Source: Ramazzottius varieornatus
Lineage: Eukaryota; Animalia; Tardigrada
Direction: 5' to 3'
DNA length: 64,000 bases
NCBI GenBank assembly: GCA_001949185.1
Contig: BDGG01000003.1
Location: forward strand, 3,331,158 to 3,395,157
The notes below the pieces were generated by a model, which had not been told where the DNA came from, made no database searches, and was given only the letters and a program-made list of their open reading frames with translations. Shown here one piece after another: positions 49,081 to 62,322 of this stretch; the stretch's first letter is position 1; every line of letters starts with the position of its first letter. Position numbers and translations under genes: made by a program.

Positions 49081-49531
49081 GTGGAAATATAGCTTTCGCG
49101 ACGGATAACTGAATTAGACTGAACTATCGTCAGGGGATAACCGCTGGATCTCCCGGCGGCCGGCGCTCCGCCCAAGGGCGGCCTAAGATCGATTGACCCA
49201 GTAAAATTTTCACAACTCAATTCTAGTGTGATTTGAGAGGAGTTTTTGTTGCAGGAGTCTCGCAGAAGCTCTTCCCCAGCTGTACGTTTGCGAAGTTGAT
49301 GCGACAGAAGTCGTGTTTGGGGTTGGAAAGGGCGTTTGTTTGGAATTCTGTAATATCGATCAGTGCTTCGATAGTCCGATGCATTGCCGAATCTTGTTCA
49401 CTAGTCGTATTGTCCTATGCTATTTGAGGATCCTTTGCCTCGGTGGTGCACTGATCGACCATATCGCTCTCACGTCACTCTGTACCTGACTGCTATTTCT
49501 GATAACCGCAGATGCTGGATCAAGCTCGAAG

Positions 49532-50551
49532 ATGGATGTGGAGATTAAGGAAAGCGTTCACCAGAATGGAACCGATCCAGCTGACCATGTAGATCCGACT
49601 GATACTTCAGAGATGGGAACCATCAAGCCTCTTCTGCAAAACATATATGTTACAGGAGCTTCCGTACCCCGACTGAAGTCCTGGAACAGCTGTTTTATTG
49701 GTCTAAGCATCGCGCTTGGAGTTGCTCAAGTTATTGGTAAGATGGATTTCTTCGTTTAGCGTTCGTCTGAAAATCAGGAGAACGAGGGCAAGTCAGTCAT
49801 GGACTCATGGTTGAATTAGTTGTGTGTCGACATACTGTAGGTTGGTGGATTTTTAACGGGTGGCCAACTTGCACTTCTTGCCCCTGTAAAGCTGACCATC
49901 ACTACGAGTACACGTACTTGACTATTTCCGTTGTTTCTAACCATGCGTTTTCGTCGTTTAGTTTCAGTGTTAGTGATCGTCAGATACACTCCGGAAGAAG
50001 AGTGGCTGGAGAGATGTTTCTGGCCAATGGACATTTGGTTCCCGGAAGTATTCGGTGCAGTAATAGGCGTCATACTTGGGATACTGTGTAGGGACCTTCT
50101 TCGCAAAATATCAAAATCCACAACAGCTTCTTACAAAGCGACGAACTTTCAGCACTACCAAAGACACTACATTCCATGGAAAGGAGCGCCCGTCATTTCC
50201 AGAAGGAAATCCATGCCGATTATCTTAGTTCCTACCCTTTTGTCGTTCCCGCTGTTCATCGTTAGTGTCGTTAGTTTCTGTTACGGCGTCCGAATGCTCA
50301 CCAGCGTGGACCTAACCGGAGAGAACACCGACTTCTCCTCCAAAGATCATTCATCCTTTATTGTTTGCTTGTGCATACATTTCTTTATTCTGTTAGCCAA
50401 AATTGCCGTTCTCGTTTTACAGATCGTTATACCTGGTGTTATTGCGACCATAGCGAATCATCGCTTTGGTGTCATGTCTAACTATTTTTATCCTTTCGCC
50501 GTGTTCCTCAACGGAGCAGAATTTTCTAAACCTCTGCTAATCGAGCGTTAG
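49532..50551 (+). CDS. Uncharacterised 4-TM protein with a Cys-rich first loop
   Basis: Three phase-compatible exons (~49532-49736, ~49841-49907, ~49984-50551) encode four hydrophobic segments. Confidence 0.6.
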
Positions 50552-50863
50552 CATAGACTCTTGTACAGATTTTGTAAATACGTGCTTGTGATGATTTTGA
50601 ATCTTTTCCGCTTCCTGCAGTGCAACCCGAAAAAATCATTACCCTTTTCCTCAAGCAAAAGCCATTGCTGAGTTTCGGAGGAAATCACCATCAGAACAAA
50701 AGACAAGTAAAATATCAAACAGTTGGTAAGCATATTCTCACCAGTAGGAAACACACTTACGAAAACTTCAGCGAAGGACAGTTCTTCACGAAAAGACACA
50801 GGATATTACAAGGCTGAGTTCGAAAGGAGTTACAGTATACGGCGCACGACCTTCGGCGGTTAG

Positions 50864-52437
50864 TCATGGGCTCCGCATCGTTGATATGCTGCCGTGAGTT
50901 AGACCAGAGGAGGAGGCTGTCGCGCAGACATCCCCAATCGAGTCAGAAGCTTCTACAGGAACATTCTCTTTCTCCGTCCTTCCCAGTGAAGGAAGGACCG
51001 AGTGCGAACTATGCTTCGGCGAACTGGGTTGCGGTCTTCCGTACTTTCTTATTAGCGCTTTGGCTACTTCGTGCAGCTTTGTCATGAACTCCGGAAGGTT
51101 CGTCCGTGCGGCGTACTGCACGGCTACTTTAGGAAGGATAGACTGGGCGTCGTCAACATACGACATCACATAGTCAAACCCATCCTAAAATCGAAACCAA
51201 ATTAAAAGACCATTCCATTCTTGAAAGTCTAAATCATGAAGAGTCAAACCTGCCTCCTCAAAAGTCCGGTGAGGTGTTATCATCAGTGCAGAGTAGTACG
51301 ACTTCACGCGGACGTAGCTGTTGTTAACTGGGTACTTCGGATGGTCGCAGGTCTTCGAAATTATGATCATCGCATTACGGTCTTCGTAAATCCTGCTACG
51401 TCTTTGGTAGATGTATTCACGCGGAAGGAAAGGAAACTGGAAAGAAAGCTATCAATATAACAACCATAAAACCAAACAGAGAGGCTCATATGCAAGCATA
51501 ATGGTTTACCGGATATTGTGAAACCCACTGCAAGGTCTCCGCGCCAGTTTCGTTGTCGCGTTCAATAAGGTCGAGTTTGACGACTAGCTTATCCCACTGC
51601 TTTCGATGAACGATGTCCATCTGAGTTTGGTAGAAGGTCTCGGCCGGAATATCCGAAAAAGTGCCCACTGCCCGGTACTCAGGTAAGGCGTTCGTAGCAG
51701 TCGGCGCTTTCTGCCATACATCACAGTGCGAAGTCTTGGTGACGCTTTCCCAATCACAAAGACAGTCGGCTTCTTTCACTTCGCTGGACCATTTGCTCAA
51801 ATCATCGTAACAGCTGAAAAAGACCGAAACACATATTTACAGAGAATATTCGCCCGCATCGGACAACAGCGTAAGCAAAATCTGTATACCTTTCAATTTC
51901 CTCGTCTGAAATTACGACGTTGAAAAGGTAATCCTGCTTGTCCATCGCAAAGACGACAGAGCTGACTAAAGCGGTCAGTTTCAACGGTGCATGTGTCCGA
52001 AAGGATGTCGATAGCTTCAACAGAAGATTGCCTACGATCCGTCGACTGTACATGGTCCCATACATTAGGGACAGCTGTTGTGCCCGTCGCACACGTTGAG
52101 CAGCATACACTTCGCACTGTCGCGTAAAGAGCCCCAGTAGCTTCATCATTTCGCCGTAAACAAGAGCCTGAAATCGCTTGCGATACGGACCGGAAATCTG
52201 GCCTGGTTCGCTGCCGGGTTTAGGTAGTCTCTTCCGGAGATCCATGTAACCTGGACGCCATGGCAGCCACGAGCTTCTCTTGTGCTTCAGACCTAACGGA
52301 TAGGGCCAGGGAGTATGCTGCCATCTCTTCCAACGGGTGGTTTCAACAACAGGTGTAGAATGGAAAGATCTGCCGATAGGTGTCGATGTCGGAGGACATG
52401 TGGCTAACCGGACCAGGGATTTACCTAAGAAGTTCAT
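50864..52437 (-). CDS. STARD7: START domain lipid-transfer protein 7, mitochondrial-type
   Basis: QCEVYAAQRVRRAQQL, HRKQWDKLVVKL, YVRVKSYYS; basic presequence-like N-terminus. Confidence 0.88.
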
Positions 52438-52723
52438 AGCAACGGGAGTACTTGTCCGAGCGGTCGAAAAACAAACAGTGAATGATGTTGCCCGTCTCCC
52501 GTCAAGCAGCTCCGGTAGTTCCAGACATGGTGAACCACAAGAAGAACGTTGAAAATTATGTTGGAAGAAAACAGGCGGAAGTGAAAGATTTCGTAACTTT
52601 AGTACGTAGGTGTTTCCATAGAGCTTGCCAGAAGGAAATCAAGAGCTCCGCCCTACCGGCTCGCCAAACTACGCTTATAATGTTGCGAACCGAGCAATCA
52701 AGTAATCAAGGCGGCAAGCGCCC

Positions 52724-52746
52724 TGACGTCAGCACATCTAGCCAAT
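52724..52746. promoter_or_regulatory. CRE/ARE-like site and CCAAT box in the STARD7/PSMD6 promoter
   Basis: TGACGTCAGCA at 52724 and CCAAT at 52742. Motif match only. Confidence 0.3.
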
Positions 52747-53016
52747 CAGCCAGACGTTGGTGCCTCTACGATGCGCACAGCATCGCTTCAGCGCACAGCT
52801 CTTGCCACTTTTCATTCCATGTAAACGCTTTGTCATCAATCATCATCTCCAATCATCATCTCTCCGTTCATCGAAGGTCCATGAAGTGAGATCCGCTACA
52901 AGAATTTCTGGTGCGACAAAGTTATTGGACTGGAGCAGGGAGCTAGTTTAGACAACTGACGCGGCGGTGTAATAGTTCGAGTGATTTGGAACGAAAAGTC
53001 GACAACCACAGCAATC

Positions 53017-54554
53017 ATGCCTGGCGAAATATTGGAGGAAGATCGGATGGAGAAGAATCCCGACTTTCAGATGGCCCAGTGGAAGTTTTTGCTTCAAACA
53101 GAGGATTTCAAAAATGACAAAGCGACAATAACGTCCCTCTTGGAAGCTATCAAAAGCAATGGTAAAAGCACATTCCTATTCGAAATCTCGTGGTTAACTC
53201 CGTACTTGTACAGATATGGCTCCGTATTACGATCGAATCTGCACCGAACTCGGCTGGAAGAAGGACGATACCTTGGCTAAGCAGATGAAGGTCAACAACG
53301 AGAAGAAGCTAAAAGAAATTGAGGATAAGATTGCTGATGCGGAACAGAATCTGGGATCGATCGAAGTTCGAGAGGCTTATTTCGACAAGTTCAATTACCT
53401 CTGTAGAACTGGTGACAAGGTACGGTCACGTTTCTGGTTGACGATTTATCATCCAGAGAATCGTTTGCGTCGTAAGGCTACTTCACCTAACTTGAAGGTT
53501 ATCTGTTTGTGTAGGAAGGCTCCGAGACTGCGTTCCGTGTCTGTTACGAGAAGACCGTCGGAAACGGTAATCGCCTGGACCTGATCTTCCAGATGATTCG
53601 AATTGGACTGTTCTTCAGTGATCTTGACTTAACAACTCGAAACCTTGAGAAAGCTCGCAGGTAGGCACTGCCGCGCTGGTATCCTTATATACAGAGTACA
53701 ACTTCCAGTCAAGCATGTTACTTTACGTTCGCTTTCATATTCTAGTCTGGTTGAGGAAGGTGGAGACTGGGACCGTCGTAACCGCCTGAAGGTCTACGAA
53801 GGAATTTACTACATGAGCATCCGCGAGTTCACCAAAGCTACTACCAACCTTCTGGACACAGTCAGCACTTTTACATGCTACGAGATCCTGGACTATGAAA
53901 CCTTCATCACGTACGTCGTCCTTTGCGGAATGCTCACGCTGGAGCGCACGAAGCTCAGAGCCAAGGTTAGATCCGTTCCCACAGTTCGCTACTTCCAGTA
54001 CGCGACAGGCATAGCTTCAAGGTGATTACTTCTGGATTAGGTGGTTCGTTCGGCCGAGATCCTTGAGGAAATGCATGCCATGCCTAGTCTGAAGACCTTC
54101 TTGATGGCACTGTACGAGTCGCGGTTCGCTGAGTTCTTCGGAGCATTGGGTAAGCTAATCGTCACTTGACAAGGAAGGAACGGCCTTCGATACGTAGTTA
54201 TCTCTTTCAGCTGAAGTGGAGCAGAAACTAAAGTTCGATCGCTACTGGAACCCACACTACAATTACTATATCCGCGAGATGCGCATCCTGGCTTACAACC
54301 AGCTACTAGAGTCGTACCAGTCCTTGACGTTGGACTACATGGCCAGCGCTTTCGGAGTGACGCCTCAGTTTATGGATCGAGAACTTTCGCGTTACATTGC
54401 AGCTGGACGACTGTACTGCAAGATCGACAAGGTAAACGGCATTGTGGAGACCACGCGCCCCGACAACAAGAACAGACAATATCAGCTCTTCATCAAGCAG
54501 GGTGACCAGGTCTTAAATAAGGTCCAGCGACTGTCTCGTGTAATCAATGTTTAG
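53017..54554 (+). CDS. PSMD6: 26S proteasome non-ATPase subunit 6 (Rpn7)
   Basis: [58 protein letters not shown]. Confidence 0.97.
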
Positions 54555-54931
54555 TTTGGTCTATTGGTACGTATTTCTTTTCTGAATCATTTTCTGACTA
54601 CAGACGTTGTATGCCTTCTTCCGTATAACTTATTCATACGAGCTTGTTCCGGCATTGCTGCGTGGCCCATAAAGATTTCTCTTCGAACTAAATTATTGTG
54701 TGAAGTGAGTTCAAATGACCTTCTTGCCTTTCCGGTTTTAGAGATTTCGCGTAGACAGACTTGTCGATGGGGGACTTTGCATTTTCCTCCCATATGTTGG
54801 GCTCGGAATTTCGCACAGAAAAATTCCCTCATTTTATTGCGCTAAGAAAGCAAGTTTCCATAAGAATCCGAGCAGCAAAATTACCAGATTAGATAATCGG
54901 CCCAGTGGTTTCAAAGTGTATAAACGTAAAA

Positions 54932-55003
54932 AGGAGACAACCGGGTTTGAACCGGTGACCTCTCGATCTGCAGTCGAATGCTCTACCACTGAGCTATGTC
55001 TCC
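54932..55003 (-). tRNA. tRNA-Cys(GCA)
   Basis: GGAGACA/TGTCTCC acceptor stem, TTCGA-CT-GCA-GA-TCGAG anticodon arm, GTTCAAACC T-loop, T-run downstream. Confidence 0.95.
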
Positions 55004-55787
55004 ACATGTGTACAACAGTCGTGATAGTTTTGTGCTTCTAGATTAAATGACAGCTCCTAATCCGCATACGTGGCCATTCAAGTCCAAAGTCACCATGCGC
55101 AGGTCAAAGCCGAACCATAGATCCGGCTGCTCACGCTGGTCGTCGGAAGCTCCGAAATGCTACTCCGCATCGAACCTACCTTTCGCTCTTGCGGAGCTGT
55201 GGCTGTTCACGGAGGACAGACGAGCATTACCGTATGGTTCTGTGCGTCGTCGCATCCAGCAGTTCATCAAATCTTGCGATGCGGAGAGCACGTCGAAGTG
55301 TTCTTGCTGCGAACTCGGATTACTTATCAGGGACAGAGTCTGTGGACTGACATCTGGGCCGTACCGTATGTCATCGGGCCCGACTGCAACCCGACCGGTA
55401 AGAACCTAGAATACACCACCAGCAGCCCTGCTCAAAAACAACTTTTACTGTTTTCTTTCCAACACAAGTAAACCCCAGAGGAAACTATACGAACGGATAG
55501 TGGGTCGGAACTTGGATTAAGGGTAATAGAAGTAAAAAAGGTAGGGCGTAAAGGCATCCTATGAGACGCAAAAATAAAGGGGCCTATGTGAGAAAAACCA
55601 TCAAAAACCCAGCATTCGCAATGCGGATCGAAAGGGCCAGTAGAAAAGAACCGCCTGAGAGCTAAGAGTATGGGAAAGACTCAGAATCGCTTACATGCGG
55701 ACAGAAGGAAGTAATTACAGGAAGACACAGCAGAGAAAGAAAAAGGGGAAAAGCGGAATGGCAAGTATATCACTCTCGGTAATTTCT

Positions 55788-58700
55788 TCATCGCGCACCT
55801 GCAAACCAGCCCGACATCAACGATCCATTCAAAAATTTGGGTATCATCGAAGCGGAATTCGAAGACAAGAATTCACGCGCTTATAACAAAGGTTCTACCT
55901 GGATTGGCAGGATAAAACATGAGCTGAGGAGGCATTGCGAAAAAGTTTTGTGGGTTTCCGTAGACCTGTTGTGGTGCCATTTGCACTGTAACCAAATAAC
56001 TCACGTTCAGATCCGTAATCGTCGAAAAAGGTAATGAAGCATTCAGTGAAAAGAGTTTTACCCATGTGCTGATGTGGTTGTTGAACATAGTTGAGAGGTT
56101 GGAACTGGAAGGCATCGGGATAAAAGTTATCATCCATCATTGGCTCTCGTTGGTTCTGTTGTCGTCCTCGATGCAGCTCATTCCAGTGGTCATTTCGATC
56201 CGCAGGCTGTTGTGGAACTGCCGCACGCGGGACTTCTGGACGCGGTGGAACCCCAAAAGCAGCTTCCAACTCTGCTTCAGCCTCTCCACGTGGAACAGCT
56301 CGTCGTCGTGCAGCTCTTGGTGCCGGGGCTGGTGCAGCGCCTCCCGCGGGTCTCGGAGCTCGACGTGCTGGTGCACGGACTCGTGGAGCCGCCATCGCAG
56401 GGGCAGGTGCTCGACGGGCCGGCCGAGCAACACGAGCCCGTTCTCGAAGCTCAGCCAGCAAAGCTGCTTCTGCTTCTCTGTCATGAGCATGGAGCATTTC
56501 AGCGCGTCGGACTTGAGCCGCATTTCCTAGAAATCAAATTGCCCACTTGACACGTCTATTCAGAAAGCCTGGCTTTCGGTGGACACATTTATGATTATTC
56601 TTGATTTGGGAGCTCGGCAAACAAACTCGACCAGACCGTTTTCTCAAATAGCGCACGTCTTTACTCTAACTGGCAGAAAGCACGCGCCACTTGGAAAAAC
56701 ACATCTGGCTGAGGTTGTTCCGAAATCGTCACTGTTCAAATCTATTCCAAATCTTACCCATCAACAGCTGGACGTTTACAGCGCGAACGCCTGCCGCGCC
56801 GGCAATGTTGAGACCCATGCGGTTGAAGTTCACGTTGAGCTGTGGGTAAGGGTTGACCATCTGCCCGTTCGCCCCAACGCGAGTATGGAGCATGCCGTTG
56901 CAGCCACCGGCTTCCGAAAAGTGAGCGTACGGATTCTTGTCATCCAGTTTCTTTCCACAAAGCCAACAGAAGTAAGTTTTGCATCCTTTCGATGTGCAGA
57001 CCATCTTGTTGCACCCATCGATTTTCTATAAGAAGAAATGAGTGAATCCGACTGAATCCACCACTGCCACCACTTGAACAATATAAACTTTCAACTCAGA
57101 ATTGAACTATCGTTCCGTAAACCGGAAGAACAAAATGAACAACGCTCGTTTGCTAACCTGAATGGGCGTGTTGCACTTCGGACACGGTTTGGCGTTCTTA
57201 GTAATCCATTCCTCCGACTCGGCATCCTCCAAGGCGAATCGAACGTTGTCTTCACCCACTCGCTTCTTCAACGCTTCACGCCCAGCATTGTCGGACGCCT
57301 TCCATTCTTCTCGAATCTGCTTTTTCTGGTCTACAGACAACAAAAACCACACATCAACAATGCAACCCGGCAAAGGAAACTTGCAACCAAAGGCCTTTGT
57401 ACTGCAGTGCTCACCATCAGTCAAACACGGAACACCCGGATGAGGAGCGTTTTTACACGTGGCACAGAACTGGTGATAGCAAGTCAGGCACTGAACTTCA
57501 CGTGGAGCATTCTGAGCAAGTTCCATGGGAATGTTACACTCTTTCCTCGGACAGCGTATCACTTCCTTACTATTAACAAAAATGAAACATGCCATCAAGT
57601 TCAACGAGAGCTTTTCCTAGTTTGCCACTTGGCGAACCTAGAAACCATCAGGTTCTCAACCTTGGAAAATACGAGTACCTTTGGTCCAAGAACTGATCCG
57701 TAGTGAGATCACAGTAGCGCTGGAACGTGATGCTATCCACCCACAGTTTGAGCTGTAGAGAAAGCCGGACGTTAAGTTAGAAAAATGTGAACAACGCAAG
57801 AAGAAGTAAAACCGATAGGGAAGTTACTTACCATGTCCATGTCAACGAGAACGCTGCATCCATGTTGCAGGCACTTGAGATCCTTAAGTTGTCCCTCCTT
57901 GATCTTGATCGACAAGTCTTGTGACACACACCCTCGACAGAAGTAGTGCTTGCACTGCGGGAACATCACTGCAGCCATTGAGGCTTTGTGATCGTAACAG
58001 ATGGGACAGTCAAAGGCGCTAGCGGAAGCCAAGTCCGTTCCTTCGAACAGCGTCATCTTGTCCAAGATAGTTTGAAACATGAACTTGGCGTTCATCGGAT
58101 CGTGGAAGGTGATGTAGTGAGGCTTTCGGTCTTCTGCATCGGGCGTCCCGTAGAAGATTCGTCGATGCTTGAGGATCTGTAAGAACTTCACGCTCTTTTG
58201 ACGAAGCCATCTGATGGGAGGAAGAAGAGATCCGTAATGCTTCCTGTAACGTCGCTCGAGTTCAATCTTCAACCGCTTCGTCTAAAAGATCAGAAAACAA
58301 CAGGAAAAAATCAGATGGGATCGGGACAAACAAACTCGAAAATTGTGTTTTTCCAGGTGGCGCAAACTATCGGCCAACAGCACCAAGAACGTGCGCCAAC
58401 CTAGAAGCGATCTTATCGAGCTTGTTCCATGAGTTTCCAGATAGAAAAAGTAAGGTGGATATACTTACATGGTCTTTCAGAAGCCACGAGGAGACCACCG
58501 AAAACTTTGCATCGTTGTCTTGCAGCGAAAGATCGATGCGGACACGGAGAGGAGGAAACACCCGGAAGTTAGGAAATTTTTCTTGGTTACTACCAACGAC
58601 AGTGATCACAGTGAAGGAATCGGTCGGATCATCTCGGCTGAGCAAGGGCAAAATACTAATAGCCACGCTGGAGACCACATCCTGGTCGAACATCTTGGAC

Positions 58701-59102
58701 GTGATCGCCTTGACTCCCCATCCGGCATCGTCTTCTCCATACTCTACCCTCAAGGCTTCCACTTCCGCCCGTCGCTTCTCGATCACCTCACTGGAAAGAA
58801 CTGCCAGAATCTCTCCGCTTGGGTCTACGGCAGCAGACGTCGACGGTCCTTTTAACTCCAGCACGATGTCGTCTTCTAGGGACCTGAGGGCTTTACGGTC
58901 GTTCTCAACCGTGTTCGCTGTGACTGCACGAACGAAAGCAACTAACATAAATAACGGGAATATGTAACTGTTAAACTGGAGGGAATAACTCTACCATACC
59001 TGATCGACTCCGCTTCCCACTGATCTGTTCCACAACCATGATGCCATCATTGGAATCTTCAAAATCCGAATCCAGGATGATGGTGTCGGACATCGAAGCC
59101 AT
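55788..59102 (-). CDS. RBR E3 ubiquitin ligase, RNF14-like, with long low-complexity C-terminal tail
   Basis: RWD-like region, RING1 (CPIC...CKHYFCRGC), IBR (CPRKEC...FCATCKNAPHPGVPC), RING2 (KPCPKC...KIDGCNKMVC...FCWLC). 3' exons read by eye. Confidence 0.8.
56608..56727. repeat. Intronic palindrome family, copy 15 (RNF14-like)
   Basis: GGGAGCTCGGCAAAC...AAATAGCGC-N29-GCGCCACTTGG. Confidence 0.82.
58317..58438. repeat. Intronic palindrome family, copy 16 (RNF14-like)
   Basis: CAGGTGGCGC-N29-GCGCCAACCT; arms AACAAACTCGA/TCGAGCTTGTT. Confidence 0.82.
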
Positions 59103-59964
59103 CCTTCCTTCTGACAAAGAAAATAATTGATGGTTTTATTCCTCGGTGCATTTAAACCCAAGAAGTCAACGCCGATCTTTCAAAGAGCGATCCGTTCATT
59201 AGACTTACTCTTTCCCTTGACGCTTATCCCGGAGTTTCTGACGTAGGTTCACTTCCGGATATGATCAGAATTTAAGGACGGTTCCCAGCAGGACTGATGA
59301 CCATAGAAACAGTTATCTACTTTGCACGGATAAACTTTAGACTAGCTTCATGGATTTCCTTCGTTCTTCGACTGACTCTTCCGGGCTTCCCGTCAGTTCA
59401 GACAAACAGGATGTAAACACGTTGCAACGAAGATGGACAGGCTCGGAAAGATCTGGTTACGACATGAGCGACGCTTCAGACGAAAGAGGGCAGAATCACG
59501 TGGAGAGAGACAAAGCACGGACAAAGATGACCAGTTTTGAATTCCGATGGAGTGCGTAAGTGCATATGGGCTAGTCTTGTTTCCCGCTGTGGCGCTCAGC
59601 CGGGCGCTGTCTGAAAAAGAAACGAAGTTGGCCCGTGGCCGCTTGCCACTGCTCACAGCTGCCAGCCTGCAACCCGATGCTGTCTGGCCTGTTCTGAGAT
59701 GTTCTCTGTATTATAAGCGATTTTGGACATTTGAGCCCGGCTCAGCCCCGCCTCCTGTTTTCCAAGTCGGTGAGAGTGGATTTTCCGAAGGGCGCACTAT
59801 TATCACTTGGACCTTTCGAACTTTTCAGTTGTGATGTTAGAACATTGTCACTTCCGGCTCATGCTGTTCAATAATCCACAATTGATTTTCTCCATCTGCT
59901 TTAGAGTCTGGCGTATTTGTCTTTAAATCGCCGGAGCTGCAGTGCAGTGTGACGTTAGACCGAC

Positions 59965-61345
59965 ATGGACAGGCCGAGGACGAGGAAGCGAACTAATAAG
60001 GAGCGTGAAGAGGAGGAGTACGCACTAACTGGCGCACTCAATGGATTTCGAGAGGACGTTCGTCGGATGCTGGACGCCTACCTTCAGACCCAGTCCAGCC
60101 GGCTTGTTGACTTTGTGGATTTATGGGAACGAGTGAAGTTTGGGCATGTGTTTGCGTAAGTTTGCCATTCGCGGACCTTCGCATTCGTAATTTAATGCTG
60201 TTTTCCCCGGCGTCACTGTAGAATCCCATAAGTATAGGAACCGCCGGAAGTGTTACCGAAAATTTGTTTGTCTGCTCAACAGCGGGTTCCGCACCAAGAA
60301 CAATACTAAGCGCCTAGATTTCACGGAGCTGCATCAGGTATGCTAAGCAAGTTGAGCCATTAGCCTGAATTGTAGCTTTCGAGAATGTGCGCACTTGGGC
60401 AGATTGGCTTCCCGCGTTTGACCACTGACCAGCACTTTAACTTCGATGTTACGGTTCTTTCTAGTTCGCCGAGAAGGTCTTCCACGAAGCGGTACTGCTC
60501 TGTTTAACTCCGAACAACCAACAAGTTCGCCAAGCTGGCTTTTACTTTCTGTACTGTCTGTACATTGCCCGTCCTCTCCACTGTCACGCAAAGGTAATTT
60601 GATGGCCGGTACGATTACACTGCTGTTTCTTCCCATATCAGGTCCTCATTATAACCGAATTGAATCTGCTTATAGTTTCGCGGTCGTAGTCGAACTCGCA
60701 GCGAATTTTGCTGTTTTCCTGTTCATAGATCCGTGTACATCCCAAGAACGAGCTTGTGCCTCTGAAGACCTTCGCAAAGAGCTTACAGACAGAAGGATCC
60801 CCAGATCCTCTGATGTGCTTTTTGGAACTTTACCGGACCCATGCCTTCGATTACACCTTGACATCTTTTCCGGTGGGAGAACTGAAAATGCATCCAATAT
60901 GTACTGTACCTCCTCGATATTTTGGTGATTATTTCAGATGGGTTGGCATACCCAGCGATCGAGAATGTGGCGCGATGGTGCGACCCTTTCTGTTAGCACA
61001 CCTGGAGTTCTTCTACTTCCGGTTGACCCTTCGTTCACGGTATGCGTTGGTTTGCGAGCTCCGACGAAAAGCTCTCTCGTTTCTGTTTGTGTCTTTCGTT
61101 TTTTCCCCATGCGAAATCGGTATTGCTCTATGGTACTGCGTAATCTCACATTCATTCGTTTCTTTTAGGCAATGGCGAAAGCGGAAGCTGACTACACACA
61201 GAAGAAGGCTGACCTGTTTAGTTCCAGCTCCAACGAGATCAATATACTCGATCACGCAAAGTTCGATTCGACCAGCAAGGGTTTTCCTCAGTGCATTACT
61301 CTGGAAGTCCAGCGGTGTCAAGAGGAAACAGAAAAGCTGAGCTAG
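59965..61345 (+). CDS. SNAPC1: snRNA-activating protein complex subunit 1 (SNAP43)
   Basis: FVDLWERVKFGHVFA, VRQAGFYFLYCLY, IRVHPK...LYRTHAFDY. 3' end approximate. Confidence 0.75.
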
Positions 61346-61683
61346 TAGGGTGCTCGCAGGAACGGAGGAATAAGGTACAGCTGCGTGAATCTTACGTCGA
61401 CTCGAATGTTTCTCGAGGAGACTGAAATTCGTGAGTTTCTCTTACATTCTAGGTATTTCTAGTCTTCTCCTCTTGGTATGATCAATTTTCTGGGACTGGA
61501 TCTACGAGCAGGAAAATCAAACACAATATATGTATTTCTATTTCAAGGCTATCTGAAGTCGTCCTTGGAAAACTGTCAGCCATATAGCCGGCTGAAGCTC
61601 ATGTTCGTCGGGCTGGACAATTTCTCTTACAGCAAGGGTTTTGTACAAAATAGTTCTTCAGACCATCGACTGTTCTGGAACGA

Positions 61684-62322
61684 CTATAAGTTGAGAAGGT
61701 GTTTCTTTACAAGCTGATGTAGTTTCTCACGGAATCCTCTTGAAGAGATCTCAGAATCCAACTCATAGAACGGGTTAAGAGCCAACTGCAAAAATAAGCT
61801 GAAACTCGTGAGACTAATTTAGTCAAGCGACCTAAGGCGTTCGAACCGTAACGAGATTCGCCGTACCTTCATGTAGATTTCGTAGACTGCGTAAAAAAAA
61901 TTCCGTATGATATCCGATTCCTCCTTCCGCATTGCAGACTGTGAATCGTCTCGCACAGGGTGCAACAGGACGAACTTTATAAGGCTGGACGTAACGAACG
62001 CGGAAACACTCCACTCATTGAACCTGTCTACGTTCTTGAAGAACATTTGACTGCCCTGAGGTCCAACTAGCGAGGCCTCGACAGCGTCCAGAGCTGCATG
62101 AACAACAAACTGGCACAGATGACGATAATCTTCTCTCTGTAACTAGAACATTCGTTATGTGGGAACCTGGGAGGATAAGCAAAAGACGAAATGCGTTCTG
62201 CTGGGATATACCGGAATGCTGCTGGTACTGTCATCGTGCTTTAGCGCCTCGAACTCGAACAATGGCTGATCCCGATGACCAACAATGACAAAATAGAGAC
62301 GTCCAAACTGTGGAAACGTCAT
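61684..62322 (-). CDS. TRAPPC2: TRAPP complex subunit 2 (sedlin)
   Basis: YFVIVGHRDQPLFE, HLCQFVVHAALD, VDRFNEWSVSAFVT, IRNFFYAVYEIYMK, LNPFY. Confidence 0.93.

Noticed and set aside
55047-55693. ORFs and a possible extra intron downstream of the RNF14-like stop
   Set aside because: Phase-consistent splicing ends the CDS at 55788, and the ORFs have no recognisable homology.
60345-60425. Possible degenerate palindrome copy in a SNAPC1 intron (GTGCGCACTTGGG)
   Set aside because: Too diverged to call by eye; not counted.
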